A DNA stretch of 64,000 nt, taken from Acidobacteriota bacterium (GTDB taxonomy: Bacteria > Acidobacteriota > UBA6911 > RPQK01 > JAJDTT01). The stretch spans positions 1,888,001-1,952,000 of the forward strand of contig OZ253580.1 in NCBI GenBank assembly GCA_965263035.1, in the 5' to 3' direction. The position numbers were made by a program, and so were the translations under genes. The notes under the pieces were generated by a model that saw only the letters and a list, made by a program, of their open reading frames with translations, was not told the origin of the DNA and made no database searches. This document shows positions 10,178-20,142 of the stretch, piece by piece (positions within the stretch are counted from its first letter, which is position 1; each line of letters starts with the position of its first letter).

Positions 10178-10355
10178 CCGGCAGGTCTTCGGACTCACGG
10201 GCAATTGGCTTTCGCCGATCCTACTGGCCGTCGCTTCCCAGTTCCTCGGAACCAGTGCTATGACGGCGGTCGTTCCCGTTTACCGCTGCGGGGCAGCCCC
10301 GGACTCTCACCGGGTTCCCTCTTTCCGCTCCGGCTGGCCGGAGCACCAACGCGAA
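10178..10355 (-). ncRNA. Cobalamin riboswitch 2
   Basis: Minus strand carries AGGGAACCCGGTGAGAGTCCGGGGCTGCCCCGCAGCGGT, GCACTG...GGGAAGC and GAGTCCGAAGACCTGCC. Boundaries are approximate. Confidence 0.92.
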
Positions 10356-10407
10356 GTCAACGTAATCGAAGCAGCAGGCCGGGTCAAGCCCGCGGGGGCC
10401 GTTCACC

Positions 10408-11820
10408 ATGGTTCCAACCGCAGCCCGATGGGCTTCTGCCCCCGATGGCGGCGGCTGGGATAGAATCCGCTTCGTGCTCGGCTTGCGAGTCCTCTGGTCG
10501 ACCTATCTGCTGATCGCCGTTCCGTTCGCCGTTGCCCGGGATGTGGAAGCCGGCGTTTCCGATCCCGAGAAAGAATTCCCAGTTTCAAAGTCCGCTTCCC
10601 CGCCGGACACCCGGGCCGGACGCTTGAGGCAGAAGCGAATCGAGAAGCGATCCCGCGTCACTCCGCCTCGTGCCAGCGGATTCGAGAAAGCTCTTCTCTG
10701 GGTGGAAAAGAGGGGACTGGGGGTGTCGCGCAACACCGGTTCCGCTGGTGTCCATCCGGTGGTGGGGGTATTGGGACCCCGGTCCGGTGTCGGCCTGGGC
10801 GCCCGCTACTGGCGGCCGGACTTGGGGCGCAGCCAGCTCGATGCAGCCCTGACGGCAGGCTATTCCATCCGCGGATACCAACTGTATGACCTGCAGTTCG
10901 GCCGGATCCAGGACTTCGGTCCCGGGTTCGAACTCGACCCGGAAGACAACGGGATCCGGCAACGAACCGAGCCGGGCAACTCCACGGAACGACTCAGCGT
11001 CTTCGGCCGGGTCCGGTACCGCAACTTCCCCAGGCAGAACTATTTTGGACCGGGCGCCGACTCGAAGGAGGGAAACCGCAGCGATTACCGCCTGGAGGAG
11101 GTCTACTACGGAGGTGCAGTCCGATACCAGGCAAGTTCGTGGTTGCGGGGGGAGTTGGATCTGGGACTGCTGCAAGTGAACACGGGGCCTGGCACCGATC
11201 CCGACGCCGTTCCCATTGCAAGCGGTTTCGACGACGTCACGACCCCCGGCCTAGTCCACCAGCCCGGTTTCTTCCGGACGAGAGCCGCTCTCACCGTGGA
11301 CTTTCGGGACCAGCCGGAAAACACCCACTCGGGCAGCGTGGTGGACCTGTCCTGGTCCCGCCACACCCAAGTGGACGGGGCCGACTACCATTTCTCCGGC
11401 TTCGCGGCGCAGGCCCGTCAATATCTGCCGTTGGGCTCCCGCCAGCGGGTCCTGGCGCTACGGTTCCTGACCTCGACGAACCATCCCGAAAACGGCAGCC
11501 GGGTACCGTTCTACTTTCAGCCCACGCTGGGGGGGCCGCATATTCTGAGAGCCTTCAAGGATCAGCGTTTCCGGGATCGGAATCTGATCTACCTCTCGGC
11601 CGAGTATCGTTGGGAGGCGGCGCCGGCGCTGGAGCTGGCCCTGTTCTACGACGCCGGCAAGGTGTTTCGGAACCGATCCGCCTTCAACTTGATGGGCTTC
11701 CGGAAGAATGTGGGTTTCGGGTTCCGACTCAAGAGCCGGGACCGTGTTCTCATCAGGGTGGATTTGGTGAGAGGCCGGGAGGATACGCGGGTCCGCGTTA
11801 CCGTCGGTCCGGCGTTCTAG
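10408..11820 (+). CDS. BamA/TamA (Omp85) family outer-membrane protein
   Basis: Barrel motifs LGG..LRAFKDQRFRD, SAEYRW, FYDAGKV and GFGFR; C-terminal Phe; start uncertain. Confidence 0.8.
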   Translation: MVPTAARWASAPDGGGWDRIRFVLGLRVLWSTYLLIAVPFAVARDVEAGVSDPEKEFPVSKSASPPDTRAGRLRQKRIEKRSRVTPPRASGFEKALLWVEKRGLGVSRNTGSAGVHPVVGVLGPRSGVGLGARYWRPDLGRSQLDAALTAGYSIRGYQLYDLQFGRIQDFGPGFELDPEDNGIRQRTEPGNSTERLSVFGRVRYRNFPRQNYFGPGADSKEGNRSDYRLEEVYYGGAVRYQASSWLRGELDLGLLQVNTGPGTDPDAVPIASGFDDVTTPGLVHQPGFFRTRAALTVDFRDQPENTHSGSVVDLSWSRHTQVDGADYHFSGFAAQARQYLPLGSRQRVLALRFLTSTNHPENGSRVPFYFQPTLGGPHILRAFKDQRFRDRNLIYLSAEYRWEAAPALELALFYDAGKVFRNRSAFNLMGFRKNVGFGFRLKSRDRVLIRVDLVRGREDTRVRVTVGPAF

Positions 11821-11979
11821 GAGCCTGCGCCGCAGAAATTAATCTACTGCGAAAGCGGTAGAATCGGTCCATATTTCCCCGATTTCTCGGCGAATAGAAC
11901 GACTATGCACCTCCAAATCGAGAAAATCTGGCCTCGATTCCCCGCTTTCTCGCTACGATCATTTCTACCGCGCAGACTC
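11821..11979 (+). mobile_element. MITE copy 2
   Basis: Near-identical to copy 1; left flank CTAG contains the upstream stop codon; right flank is CTGG. Confidence 0.9.
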
Positions 11980-11990
11980 CTGGGGGAAAC

Positions 11991-13649
11991 TTGGAGTTGA
12001 AACGCTCACGGATCACGCCTCTGGTCCTGCTGCTGGGCTGCTTGACGGCCGGCTTCCCCCCGATCCAGGGGCAGCGATTTCTACCGGACGATCCGATCCG
12101 GACCGATGCCGACGATCTGCCCATTCCCATGCCCGAGTCCCGATCCCTCAGCCAGATCGCGGATCTGCTGGAGAATTCGTTCTCCAACCGGCCCGTCAAG
12201 GGGGAGGTCATCCTTCCGGCGCAGAACGTGAACACGCTGGGCGAGGTCCCCGATTCCAGCTGGTTTCAGAATCGGCTGGGAAGGCGACCCATGAGTCCGG
12301 CCGAGTTGGCGCGAGGTCCCAACCGGCAGGCGCCCGACGTTTCCCGGGCCTGGGAGATCGTTTCCGGAAAGACTGAGGGGATCACTCCCGGGTTCACCAT
12401 TCGCGACAGCCGGGCAGAAATCTATTTCATCAAGTTCGACCCAATTGAATATCCTCAACTGGCCACGTCTGCGGAGACCATCAGCACTCGATTCTTCCAT
12501 GCCTTCGGCTACCACGTCCCAGAGAACCACCTGGTTCGGGTCTCACCCGCGAATCTACAGGTGACGCCCGAGTCCATGCTGCGAGAGGGCCGGGGAAAGA
12601 AACGCGTCATGGTCCAGGCGGATGTGGTCCGGATTCTCCGCCTGGTTCCCAGGTTGCCGGATGGAAAAATCCAGGTGCTGGCCAGCCGGCGGCTGCCGGG
12701 CCGTCCCCTGGGGCCGTTCGAATACTTCGGAACCCGGAGCGACGACTCCAACGACGTCTTCCGGCACGAGAACCGGAGAGAGCTGCGAGGTCTCCGGATC
12801 TTCGCGGCCTGGTTGAACCACGACGATTCCCGAAGCATCAACACGTTGGACATGTACCTTCCCCGGGGCGAACAGGGATATGTGAAACACCATCTGCTGG
12901 ATTTCGGCTCCTGCCTGGGAAGCGGCACCATCGGGATGCAGAGTCTCCGGGGCGGCAACGAGTACTTGCTGGAGCGGAGTCCCATTCTCAAGACAGCCTT
13001 GACTCTGGGCATCTGGGACCGGCCCTGGAGTCGTGTGCACTACCCCGAGCACCCCGGTGTCGGGCGTTTTGAAGCGGACTACTTCCAGCCCCCAGATTGG
13101 AAACCCGAGTACCCCAACGCCGCCTTCGAACGCATGCTCCCGGAAGACGCCTTCTGGGCCGTCCGGATCCTGATGCGGTTGAGCGAGGAGTCGATTCGGG
13201 CGGTTGTGCGGACGGGACAACTGGTGGAGGCCGAGTCGGAGGAGTATCTGGTCCGGACGCTGCTGGAGCGCCGCCGAAAGATCGTCCGCCACTATTTGGC
13301 CGAAATCAACTCCCTGGATGAGTTTCGGGTCCGGGATCGAAGCGGTTTCCTGGTCCTGGAGTTTTCGGATCTGTCCCTGAGGGAGGCTCCGAACAGGAAC
13401 CGAACCTACCGCTACGTATGGTCCAAATTCGACAACGGAACCCAACCGGGTGAAGCCCTGGGTCCTGCCATGTCCTCGGCCGTCAACTCCATCGCCCTCC
13501 CCCGGGAAAGACCGGAATTCTTGATGGTGCGCATTCGACCCGTCTCAGACCAAGCGACCGGCGGATCTCACCCGGTTGACGTCTATCTGCGGACCCAGCC
13601 TGGGATGGCGGTGGTGGGCATCGACCGCAAAAAGAGCGCCGGGCGGTAG
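11991..13649 (+). CDS. Exported protein with atypical kinase-like motifs
   Basis: Signal peptide; YFIKFD, WLNHDDSRSINTLD and LLDFGS resemble HipA/PI3-4K/CotH-type catalytic elements. Confidence 0.6.
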   Translation: MELKRSRITPLVLLLGCLTAGFPPIQGQRFLPDDPIRTDADDLPIPMPESRSLSQIADLLENSFSNRPVKGEVILPAQNVNTLGEVPDSSWFQNRLGRRPMSPAELARGPNRQAPDVSRAWEIVSGKTEGITPGFTIRDSRAEIYFIKFDPIEYPQLATSAETISTRFFHAFGYHVPENHLVRVSPANLQVTPESMLREGRGKKRVMVQADVVRILRLVPRLPDGKIQVLASRRLPGRPLGPFEYFGTRSDDSNDVFRHENRRELRGLRIFAAWLNHDDSRSINTLDMYLPRGEQGYVKHHLLDFGSCLGSGTIGMQSLRGGNEYLLERSPILKTALTLGIWDRPWSRVHYPEHPGVGRFEADYFQPPDWKPEYPNAAFERMLPEDAFWAVRILMRLSEESIRAVVRTGQLVEAESEEYLVRTLLERRRKIVRHYLAEINSLDEFRVRDRSGFLVLEFSDLSLREAPNRNRTYRYVWSKFDNGTQPGEALGPAMSSAVNSIALPRERPEFLMVRIRPVSDQATGGSHPVDVYLRTQPGMAVVGIDRKKSAGR

Positions 13650-13694
13650 ACCGGCGCTTGGCGCCCCATGGGTCTGATCGCAACGAGGACGCCC

Positions 13695-15107
13695 ATGGCG
13701 GAAGTCGCCGGAGAAACCTATACTGACTTCTCCGTGAACCGACGTGAACTACTGTCTCTGATGGGCGCCGGATTCGGCACGGTCGGATTGTCCGGGTCCC
13801 TGGGAGCCTCCTCCCGGGGCAATCCTCTGTCGGCGGGAACCCCGCATTTCCCGGCCCGGGCCAAACACGTGATCTTTCTCTTCCTCAACGGCGGCCTCTC
13901 CCAAGTGGACAGCTTCGACCCCAAACCGGAACTGGACCGGTACGACGGGAAACCCATGCCCGGTCCCAAAACCCGGACCGACAGCGCCACCGGAAACCTG
14001 ATGAAGTCCCCGTTCCGATTCCGGCCACGCGGTGAGAGCGGCATCCTGGTGTCCGAGATCTTTCCCCGGATCGGAGGTCTCATCGACGACTTCTGCGTGA
14101 TCCGGTCCATGTATTCGGACAACGGCAATCACGTCCCGTCCCTCTACCTCATGAACTGCGGTCACCAGTTGGCCGGCCACCCTTCAATGGGCTCGTGGAT
14201 CACCTACGGACTGGGCTCGGAGAATGAGAACCTGCCCGCCTTCGTGGTCCTTTGTCCCGGGTATCCGGTGGGCGGACCCCAGCTTTGGTCCTCGGCCTTC
14301 CTGCCCAACTCGTACCAGGGGACCTACATCCCGAATAACGAGACCGACCCGGAGAAACTGGTCCGCAACGTCCGCAACTCCTCCTTCAGCCCGCACCAGC
14401 AGCGACGCCAGCTGGAGCTCCTGGACCGGATCAATCGGCGCTACCTGGACCGGATTGGCCATCAACCGCAGTTGGAATCGGGAATTCAAGCCATGGAGGT
14501 GGCCTTCCGAATGCAGATGGAGGCGCCGCTGGCACTGGACGTCACTCGAGAGGAGAGCTCGACGCGCTCCAGGTATGGCGACACCGATTTCGCCCGCGGC
14601 TGCTTGATGGCGCGCCGCCTCGTCGAGCACGGCGTGCGCATGGTCCAGGTCTTCTACGGCAAGTCCCAACCCTGGGACAGCCACGACGACATCCTGGACC
14701 ATCGGATCCTGGCCGCAGACGCGGATCGGGCCATCGCCGCCTTGATTCAGGACCTGAAGGCCCGAGGCCTGTTCGAAGAGACCCTTCTCATCGTGGGGAG
14801 CGAGTTCGGCCGAACCCCTATGATTCAGAACAGCGGACTAGTGAAGTACGGGTATGGCCGGGACCACAACGTCCACGGCTACACGACACTTCTGGCGGGG
14901 GCAGGTGTCCGGGGAGGGATGACGTACGGTTCCACCGACGACTTCGGTTTCAAGGCGGTGGAGAATCGCGTCCACCCCCACGACCTGCACGCCACAGTCA
15001 TGCACCTGCTGGGACTGGACCACACGAGGCTCACCTATAGGTACGGCGGGCGGGACTTTCGCCTGACCGACGTGGGCGGTAGGGTGATCGGGGAAATTCT
15101 GAGCTAG
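13695..15107 (+). CDS. DUF1501 family protein (Tat signal)
   Basis: NRRELL, AKHVIFLFLNGGLSQVDSFDPKP, WDSHD, EFGRTP and GRDH motifs; start uncertain. Confidence 0.88.
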   Translation: MAEVAGETYTDFSVNRRELLSLMGAGFGTVGLSGSLGASSRGNPLSAGTPHFPARAKHVIFLFLNGGLSQVDSFDPKPELDRYDGKPMPGPKTRTDSATGNLMKSPFRFRPRGESGILVSEIFPRIGGLIDDFCVIRSMYSDNGNHVPSLYLMNCGHQLAGHPSMGSWITYGLGSENENLPAFVVLCPGYPVGGPQLWSSAFLPNSYQGTYIPNNETDPEKLVRNVRNSSFSPHQQRRQLELLDRINRRYLDRIGHQPQLESGIQAMEVAFRMQMEAPLALDVTREESSTRSRYGDTDFARGCLMARRLVEHGVRMVQVFYGKSQPWDSHDDILDHRILAADADRAIAALIQDLKARGLFEETLLIVGSEFGRTPMIQNSGLVKYGYGRDHNVHGYTTLLAGAGVRGGMTYGSTDDFGFKAVENRVHPHDLHATVMHLLGLDHTRLTYRYGGRDFRLTDVGGRVIGEILS

Positions 15108-15110
15108 AAA

Positions 15111-15188
15111 CGGGGAGCGCCATTGCAGGGATTCCCGCGACCGGCTCATCGGCCGGTGACCCGGGCAAATCCTGGAATGCGCCCCCCG
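15111..15188. terminator. Long imperfect hairpin between convergent genes
   Basis: GGGGAGCGCCATTGCAGG...CCTGGAATGCGCCCCCC; the arms pair imperfectly. Confidence 0.45.
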
Positions 15189-15210
15189 GTGCAAAATGCG
15201 GGCTGGAATC

Positions 15211-15549
15211 CTACCAGCGACTTCGACCGCGGCTGCCGTAGCCGCCGCCGCCGCCGGCGCCACCACCGCCGCCGCCGCCACCGCCGTAGCCGCCGGACCG
15301 TTTCTCACGAGGGCGAGCCTCGTTGACCGTCAAGGTCCTTCCACCCAGTTGAGTGCCGTTCAAGGCGCTGATGGCTTTCTGGGCGTCCGCCTCGTCCATC
15401 TCGACGAAACCGAAACCCCGTGACTGACCGGTCATTCGATCCGTGATCACTCGAGCCGATTCCACGGGACCGTACTCGGAGAAGGTCTCCTCCAACCGGT
15501 CATCCGTGATTGCGTAGGGCAGGCCCCCTACATAGATGTTCTTCTTCAT
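15211..15549 (-). CDS. RRM RNA-binding protein with Gly-rich tail
   Basis: RNP2 IYVGGL, RNP1 RGFGFVEM, LTVNEARP; AGGAGGAG ribosome-binding site. Confidence 0.95.
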   Translation of the reverse strand: MKKNIYVGGLPYAITDDRLEETFSEYGPVESARVITDRMTGQSRGFGFVEMDEADAQKAISALNGTQLGGRTLTVNEARPREKRSGGYGGGGGGGGGAGGGGGYGSRGRSRW

Positions 15550-15973
15550 TTTCTCCTCCTATTTGGATGAAATGGAGCCATCCACGCTGAGACACCGATT
15601 GCAAAAGGAGCAGAGCAGGGCGCGATTGTGTGTGGTTCCACGATCCGACCGGTGATTCCTCAGGGAGTCTTTCGCAGGGATGAAACTAGTTCGGGCTCTC
15701 TACACCTGTCTGTGACACTACCTCTGGAGCCCTCTGTTGAAACAAGACGGGCGCTAGTATAGTCCTTCTTTCCATCGGTGTCAAAAGCTGCGGCGGCCCC
15801 TACGGATCGCTTCATATTCCCGCTCTTTCCCTCTTCTCTCTCTTCCCCCTCGATTCGGCGTCTCCTTGTCTTCAGGACGGCGAAAGCCGAGAATGGGGAG
15901 ACCGATCCGAAACCCAACCACGCCGAGCCGGTCCGCTGGCGGCTCCCGGAAAGCAACCCGAATCCGGCACTAG

Positions 15974-16132
15974 GAGTCTGCGCGGTAGGAATGATCTTAG
16001 CGAGAAAGTGGGGAATCGAGGCCAGATTTTCTCGATTTGGAGGTGCATAGTTGTTCTATTCGCCGAGAAATCGGGGAAATATGGACCGATTCTACCGCTT
16101 TCGCAGTAGATCAATTTCTGCCGCGCAGGCTC
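15974..16132 (-). mobile_element. MITE copy 3 (inverted, intergenic)
   Basis: CTAG at 15970-15973 and 16133-16136. Confidence 0.9.
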
Positions 16133-16211
16133 CTAGACGTATGAATGGAATCGTCCATTGCGTCAAATCGGAAGCGTCCACCAGGCGCCGTCTTGAAGGA
16201 GTCCTGACAGG

Positions 16212-17276
16212 ATGAAGGGATCTCTGCTGACGCAACTGGTGGGGAGCTACAGCAAGCCCAGTTGGCTCATTCGGCACCACCGAGTCACGACTCCCTACGG
16301 CGACGACACCTTTTGGCGGCCGGAACCGGACGTCCTCCAAGACGCGCAGGACGACGCGACCCGGCTCGCCATCGCCGATCAGGAGAGAGCGGGACTGGAC
16401 GTGATCACGGACGGAGAAGAGAGGCGGCATCGTTTCGACTCCTATTTCCTCCGTTTCCACGGTCTCGATTCGACTCGGCTGGGCCAGTGGTCGATGGCGG
16501 ATCGGGACATGAGCTTCATCCGACTCGATCCAGCCCTGAAAGGGCGTCTGGGCCAGGCCTACGCACCCCGCGTCGTGGACAAGGTGGGCTGGCCGGGACC
16601 GACCGCCCTCAAAGATCTGCGTTTTCTGAAACGCCACACCTCACGTCCCGTGAAGATGACCGTGATCGGACCCCTGACGGCCGCCGCCCGCCTGGTCAAC
16701 GAGTACTACCCCGATGAGGAGGCGCTGGGAATGGACCTCGCTTCCGTCATCAACCGGGAACTGCGGGCTCTGGACGAGGAGGGCGCCGACGTCATCCAGC
16801 TGGATGAGCCCGATTTCCACTTCCGGGCCGACCAGGCCTGCCGTTGGGGGACCCGGGCCCTGGACGCGGCCCTGGAGGGGATCCGTTGCACCACCGCGGT
16901 CCACATCTGCTACGGCTACGCACTGATCGGACACAAGCAGGTCAACCCCCGCTACGCGCAGGCGCTGGAGGCGATTGCGGCTTCCCGAGCTCGACAGATC
17001 AGCCTGGAGTATGAACAGCCCGGTCACGAACCGGACCTCCTGTACCACTGCGGCGACAAGGAGGTCATCCTGGGACTGATCAATCTGGGTTCTCGGGAAG
17101 TGGAAACTCCGGACCACATCGCGCGGCGCCTCCGGGATGCGCTGGAAGTCGTCCCGGCGGAACGCTTGCGGGCAGCCCCGGACTGCGGCATGTGGTTCCT
17201 GCCGCGCGACGTGGCCTACGCCAAGCTGCAAGCCCTGGTGGCTGGGGTCGACAGGGTACGCGAGTCCGTGCTCTGA
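16212..17276 (+). CDS. Cobalamin-independent methionine synthase II family (single-barrel MetE-like)
   Basis: VGSYSKP, TDGE, QLDEP and candidate Zn ligands HICYG / E / PDCG. Confidence 0.85.
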   Translation: MKGSLLTQLVGSYSKPSWLIRHHRVTTPYGDDTFWRPEPDVLQDAQDDATRLAIADQERAGLDVITDGEERRHRFDSYFLRFHGLDSTRLGQWSMADRDMSFIRLDPALKGRLGQAYAPRVVDKVGWPGPTALKDLRFLKRHTSRPVKMTVIGPLTAAARLVNEYYPDEEALGMDLASVINRELRALDEEGADVIQLDEPDFHFRADQACRWGTRALDAALEGIRCTTAVHICYGYALIGHKQVNPRYAQALEAIAASRARQISLEYEQPGHEPDLLYHCGDKEVILGLINLGSREVETPDHIARRLRDALEVVPAERLRAAPDCGMWFLPRDVAYAKLQALVAGVDRVRESVL

Positions 17277-17306
17277 CTCGCGGTCCTGACCCGTACAGGA
17301 GTCGAC

Positions 17307-18509
17307 ATGGAGCGTGTCGCGTTCACTCTGCAGATCAAGGAAGGGTACGAAGAGGAGTACGACCGGAGACATCTTGCCGTCTGGCCCGAGCTGATGGAGG
17401 AGATGGACAGGAGTGGCATCCATCGGACCTACATTTACCGGGAGGGCGCGACGGCATTCGTCTTCATGGAGACCGAAGACTATCGGCGTTGCACCGAATT
17501 CCTTTCCCTGGCTCCCGCGTCAAGGCGCTGGGAGGAATTCATGGCTCCGATTCTGGAGCGAGGCGCCGGCGAGCCCTATGACCCGGACCAGGCTTGGCCG
17601 TCGGGGTTGCCGGAGGTGTTTCGTTGGGAATCGACCCGAACGAGGTCCCAGATGCGCGGACTGACCGTTGCGGGGACCATGCCGGTGAGCGGCTCCACCT
17701 GGTCCTTCGTCGGCGCCACTCTGCGTGAGGCGGTCGAGATCTATCGCGCGCTGGGGATCCAGACGGTGGATCTCATCGCCGTCCCGGGCAATCCCGATCT
17801 ACCGCAACTGGCGAGCGAGCAGATCCTCCTCCAGCCGCGAGAACAAGCGCATCAGATCCTTGACCTGAGCGTGCCCGTCTCCAACCTCAACTACAACTTC
17901 GCCGCCAATTTCCACGAACGGGCCATCAACCATATAGACGCAGGGATCAGGAGAAGAAATCGGGAAGACTACGGGTCCGTGATCGAGTTCTGCCGGGCCT
18001 GCCGGATTCCCTCCGTTACGGTGCTTCCGGGAATCGTGCAGGAAGGATGGACTCGGGAAAAGGCCCTGGCCGTCGCGGCGGAAGAACTGCACCACATGTC
18101 CACCATGTCCCGGAAAGCAGGTATCACCACCACTTTCGAAGCCCACGTCGGGTCGATTCTGGAGTCACCCCTGGACACTCTGACCTTCATGCAGTCAAAC
18201 CCCGAATTGAAACTGACCCTGGACTACGGCCACTTCATCTGTCTGGGCTACGCTCAGGAGCAGGTGGACCCCCTCGTCCCGTACGCGGCCCACGTCCATC
18301 TCAGGCAGGCGGCCCCGAAGAAACTGCAGGCTCGATGGGATGAGGGGACGTTGGACTTCACCGGAATCATCGGCAAGCTCGCCTCGGCGAACTACACGGG
18401 ATTCCTGTCGCTCGAGTACGAGCACATGGAGGAGTGGTTGGACCTGGACCAGGCAGACGTCTTCACCGAAACCGTGAAGATGCGGAATCTATTGCGGTCC
18501 CTCGCCTGA
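17307..18509 (+). CDS. L-rhamnose mutarotase-like domain fused to a sugar-phosphate isomerase/epimerase TIM barrel
   Basis: N-terminal EYDRRHLAVWPEL and RRWEEFM; C-terminal FEAH, LDYGH, HVHLRQ and SLEY. Confidence 0.75.
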   Translation: MERVAFTLQIKEGYEEEYDRRHLAVWPELMEEMDRSGIHRTYIYREGATAFVFMETEDYRRCTEFLSLAPASRRWEEFMAPILERGAGEPYDPDQAWPSGLPEVFRWESTRTRSQMRGLTVAGTMPVSGSTWSFVGATLREAVEIYRALGIQTVDLIAVPGNPDLPQLASEQILLQPREQAHQILDLSVPVSNLNYNFAANFHERAINHIDAGIRRRNREDYGSVIEFCRACRIPSVTVLPGIVQEGWTREKALAVAAEELHHMSTMSRKAGITTTFEAHVGSILESPLDTLTFMQSNPELKLTLDYGHFICLGYAQEQVDPLVPYAAHVHLRQAAPKKLQARWDEGTLDFTGIIGKLASANYTGFLSLEYEHMEEWLDLDQADVFTETVKMRNLLRSLA

Positions 18510-18549
18510 CTGCCGACGGACGACGCGCGTTCGAGGCCCAACCCGCCAG

Positions 18550-18708
18550 GAGCCTGCGCCGCAGAAATTGATCTACTGCGAAAGCGGTAGAATCGGTCCA
18601 TATTTCCCCGATTTCTCGGCGAATAGAACAACTATGCACCTCAAAATCGAGAAAATCTGGCCTCGATTCCCCACTTTCTCGCTACGATCATTTCTACCGC
18701 GCAGACTC
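18550..18708 (+). mobile_element. MITE copy 4
   Basis: Left flank is CCAG; right flank CTAG contains the DUF1501 stop codon. Confidence 0.9.
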
Positions 18709-20142
18709 CTAGACCAGAAGCTCGTTGAGGATCTCACCGTGCACGTCGGTGAGACTCATGTCCCGCCCGCCGAACCGGAAGGTCAGCTTGTCGTGATCCA
18801 GTCCGAGCTGATGGAGAATCGTGGCGTGGATGGAGTGGATGGAAGTGGACTTTTCGACCACTGAGTTTCCAAATTCGTCCGTCGTCCCGTAGGTGAAGCC
18901 TGGTTTGAAGCCCCCTCCGGCCAGGAAGATGGAGTAGCCGTTCACATGATGGTCGCGGCCCACACCCTCTTTGATCTTGGGAGTATGCGGGGTCCGGCCC
19001 ATCTCGCCGCCCCAAAGCACGATCGTGCTGTCGAGCAGCCCCCGCTGCTTCAAGTCCTGGATCAGCGCTCCGACGCCCTGATCGGTGATCATGGAGTTCT
19101 CCTCATGGTACTTCTTCAGATCGCTGTGCTGGTCCCAAGGAGAATTGTTGGCATGCGTCAGGGGACAGGCGACCTCCACGAAACGCACGCCCCTCTCCAC
19201 CAGACGCCGGGCACGGAGACACTGCAGACCGTAGAACTTCTTGTATTCGTTTGAGCTGTCGAGCCCGTACATCTTACGGGTAGCCTCGGCCTCGCCGCTC
19301 ACGTCGGCCAGTTCGGGCATCGCCGTCTGCAGATGAAACGCCGTCTCATAGTTCTTGATGACCGACTCGATGGCGCTGTCCCCGGTCGTGGCGGCGAACC
19401 TCATGCTCTGCTCCCGGAGCAGGTCGAGTTTGCGCCGCTGCACGGCCGGATGATCCGCCGGCATGATGTTTTCCATCACCGGGTTCCGCGCGCGCAGCAC
19501 GTTGGGCGCATGCGAAGCGGGCAGGAAGGAATTGCTGAAATTTTCCCAACCGCCGTTGGGCACCCTCAATCCATTGTCCAGCAGGACGTAGTTCGGCAGG
19601 TTGTCCCGCTCGCTGCCGAGGCCGTAGGAGACCCACGATCCGAAGCTGGGAGACCGCCCCGTGAGGCGCCCCGTGTGCATCAGTAGATTCTGCTGGCCGT
19701 GCAGCGGAACCTGACCCACCATGGAGCGGACCAGGCAGATGTCGTCCACTACCTTGGTGATGTGGGGGAACAGTTCACTGACCCAGATTCCGCTCTTGCC
19801 GCGCCGCTTGAACTCCCAGGGGGATCCCAACCAGACCCGGTCGGCCGTCGATTGCGACTTTTCCGAAACCGCCGACTTGCCGATCTCCTCTCCCTGGCGT
19901 TGATTCAACATGGGCTTGTAGTCGAACAGGTCGACGTGGCTCGGCCCCCCGTCCATGAAGCAGAAGATGACGTTCTTCGCTTTCGCGGGGAAATGGGTCT
20001 TGCCGTCGATCAACGAGGCTCCCAAGCCGTACTCTTCGGCCAGCAGCGCCGACAGAGCCAGGGCCCCGAAACCGGTGGAAGTCTTGCGCAACAATTCACG
20101 GCGGCTGATGGGTGGGTATTCGATCAGTCCTTTAGCGTACAT
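18709..20142 (-). CDS. DUF1501 family protein (Tat signal)
   Basis: SRRELL, FMDGGPSHVDLFDYKP, WDQH, EMGRTP and GRDH motifs; overlaps the upstream stop. Confidence 0.88.
   Translation of the reverse strand: MYAKGLIEYPPISRRELLRKTSTGFGALALSALLAEEYGLGASLIDGKTHFPAKAKNVIFCFMDGGPSHVDLFDYKPMLNQRQGEEIGKSAVSEKSQSTADRVWLGSPWEFKRRGKSGIWVSELFPHITKVVDDICLVRSMVGQVPLHGQQNLLMHTGRLTGRSPSFGSWVSYGLGSERDNLPNYVLLDNGLRVPNGGWENFSNSFLPASHAPNVLRARNPVMENIMPADHPAVQRRKLDLLREQSMRFAATTGDSAIESVIKNYETAFHLQTAMPELADVSGEAEATRKMYGLDSSNEYKKFYGLQCLRARRLVERGVRFVEVACPLTHANNSPWDQHSDLKKYHEENSMITDQGVGALIQDLKQRGLLDSTIVLWGGEMGRTPHTPKIKEGVGRDHHVNGYSIFLAGGGFKPGFTYGTTDEFGNSVVEKSTSIHSIHATILHQLGLDHDKLTFRFGGRDMSLTDVHGEILNELLV

Noticed and set aside
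15231-15296. GCC tandem repeat
   Set aside because: It encodes the Gly-rich tail of the RRM protein.
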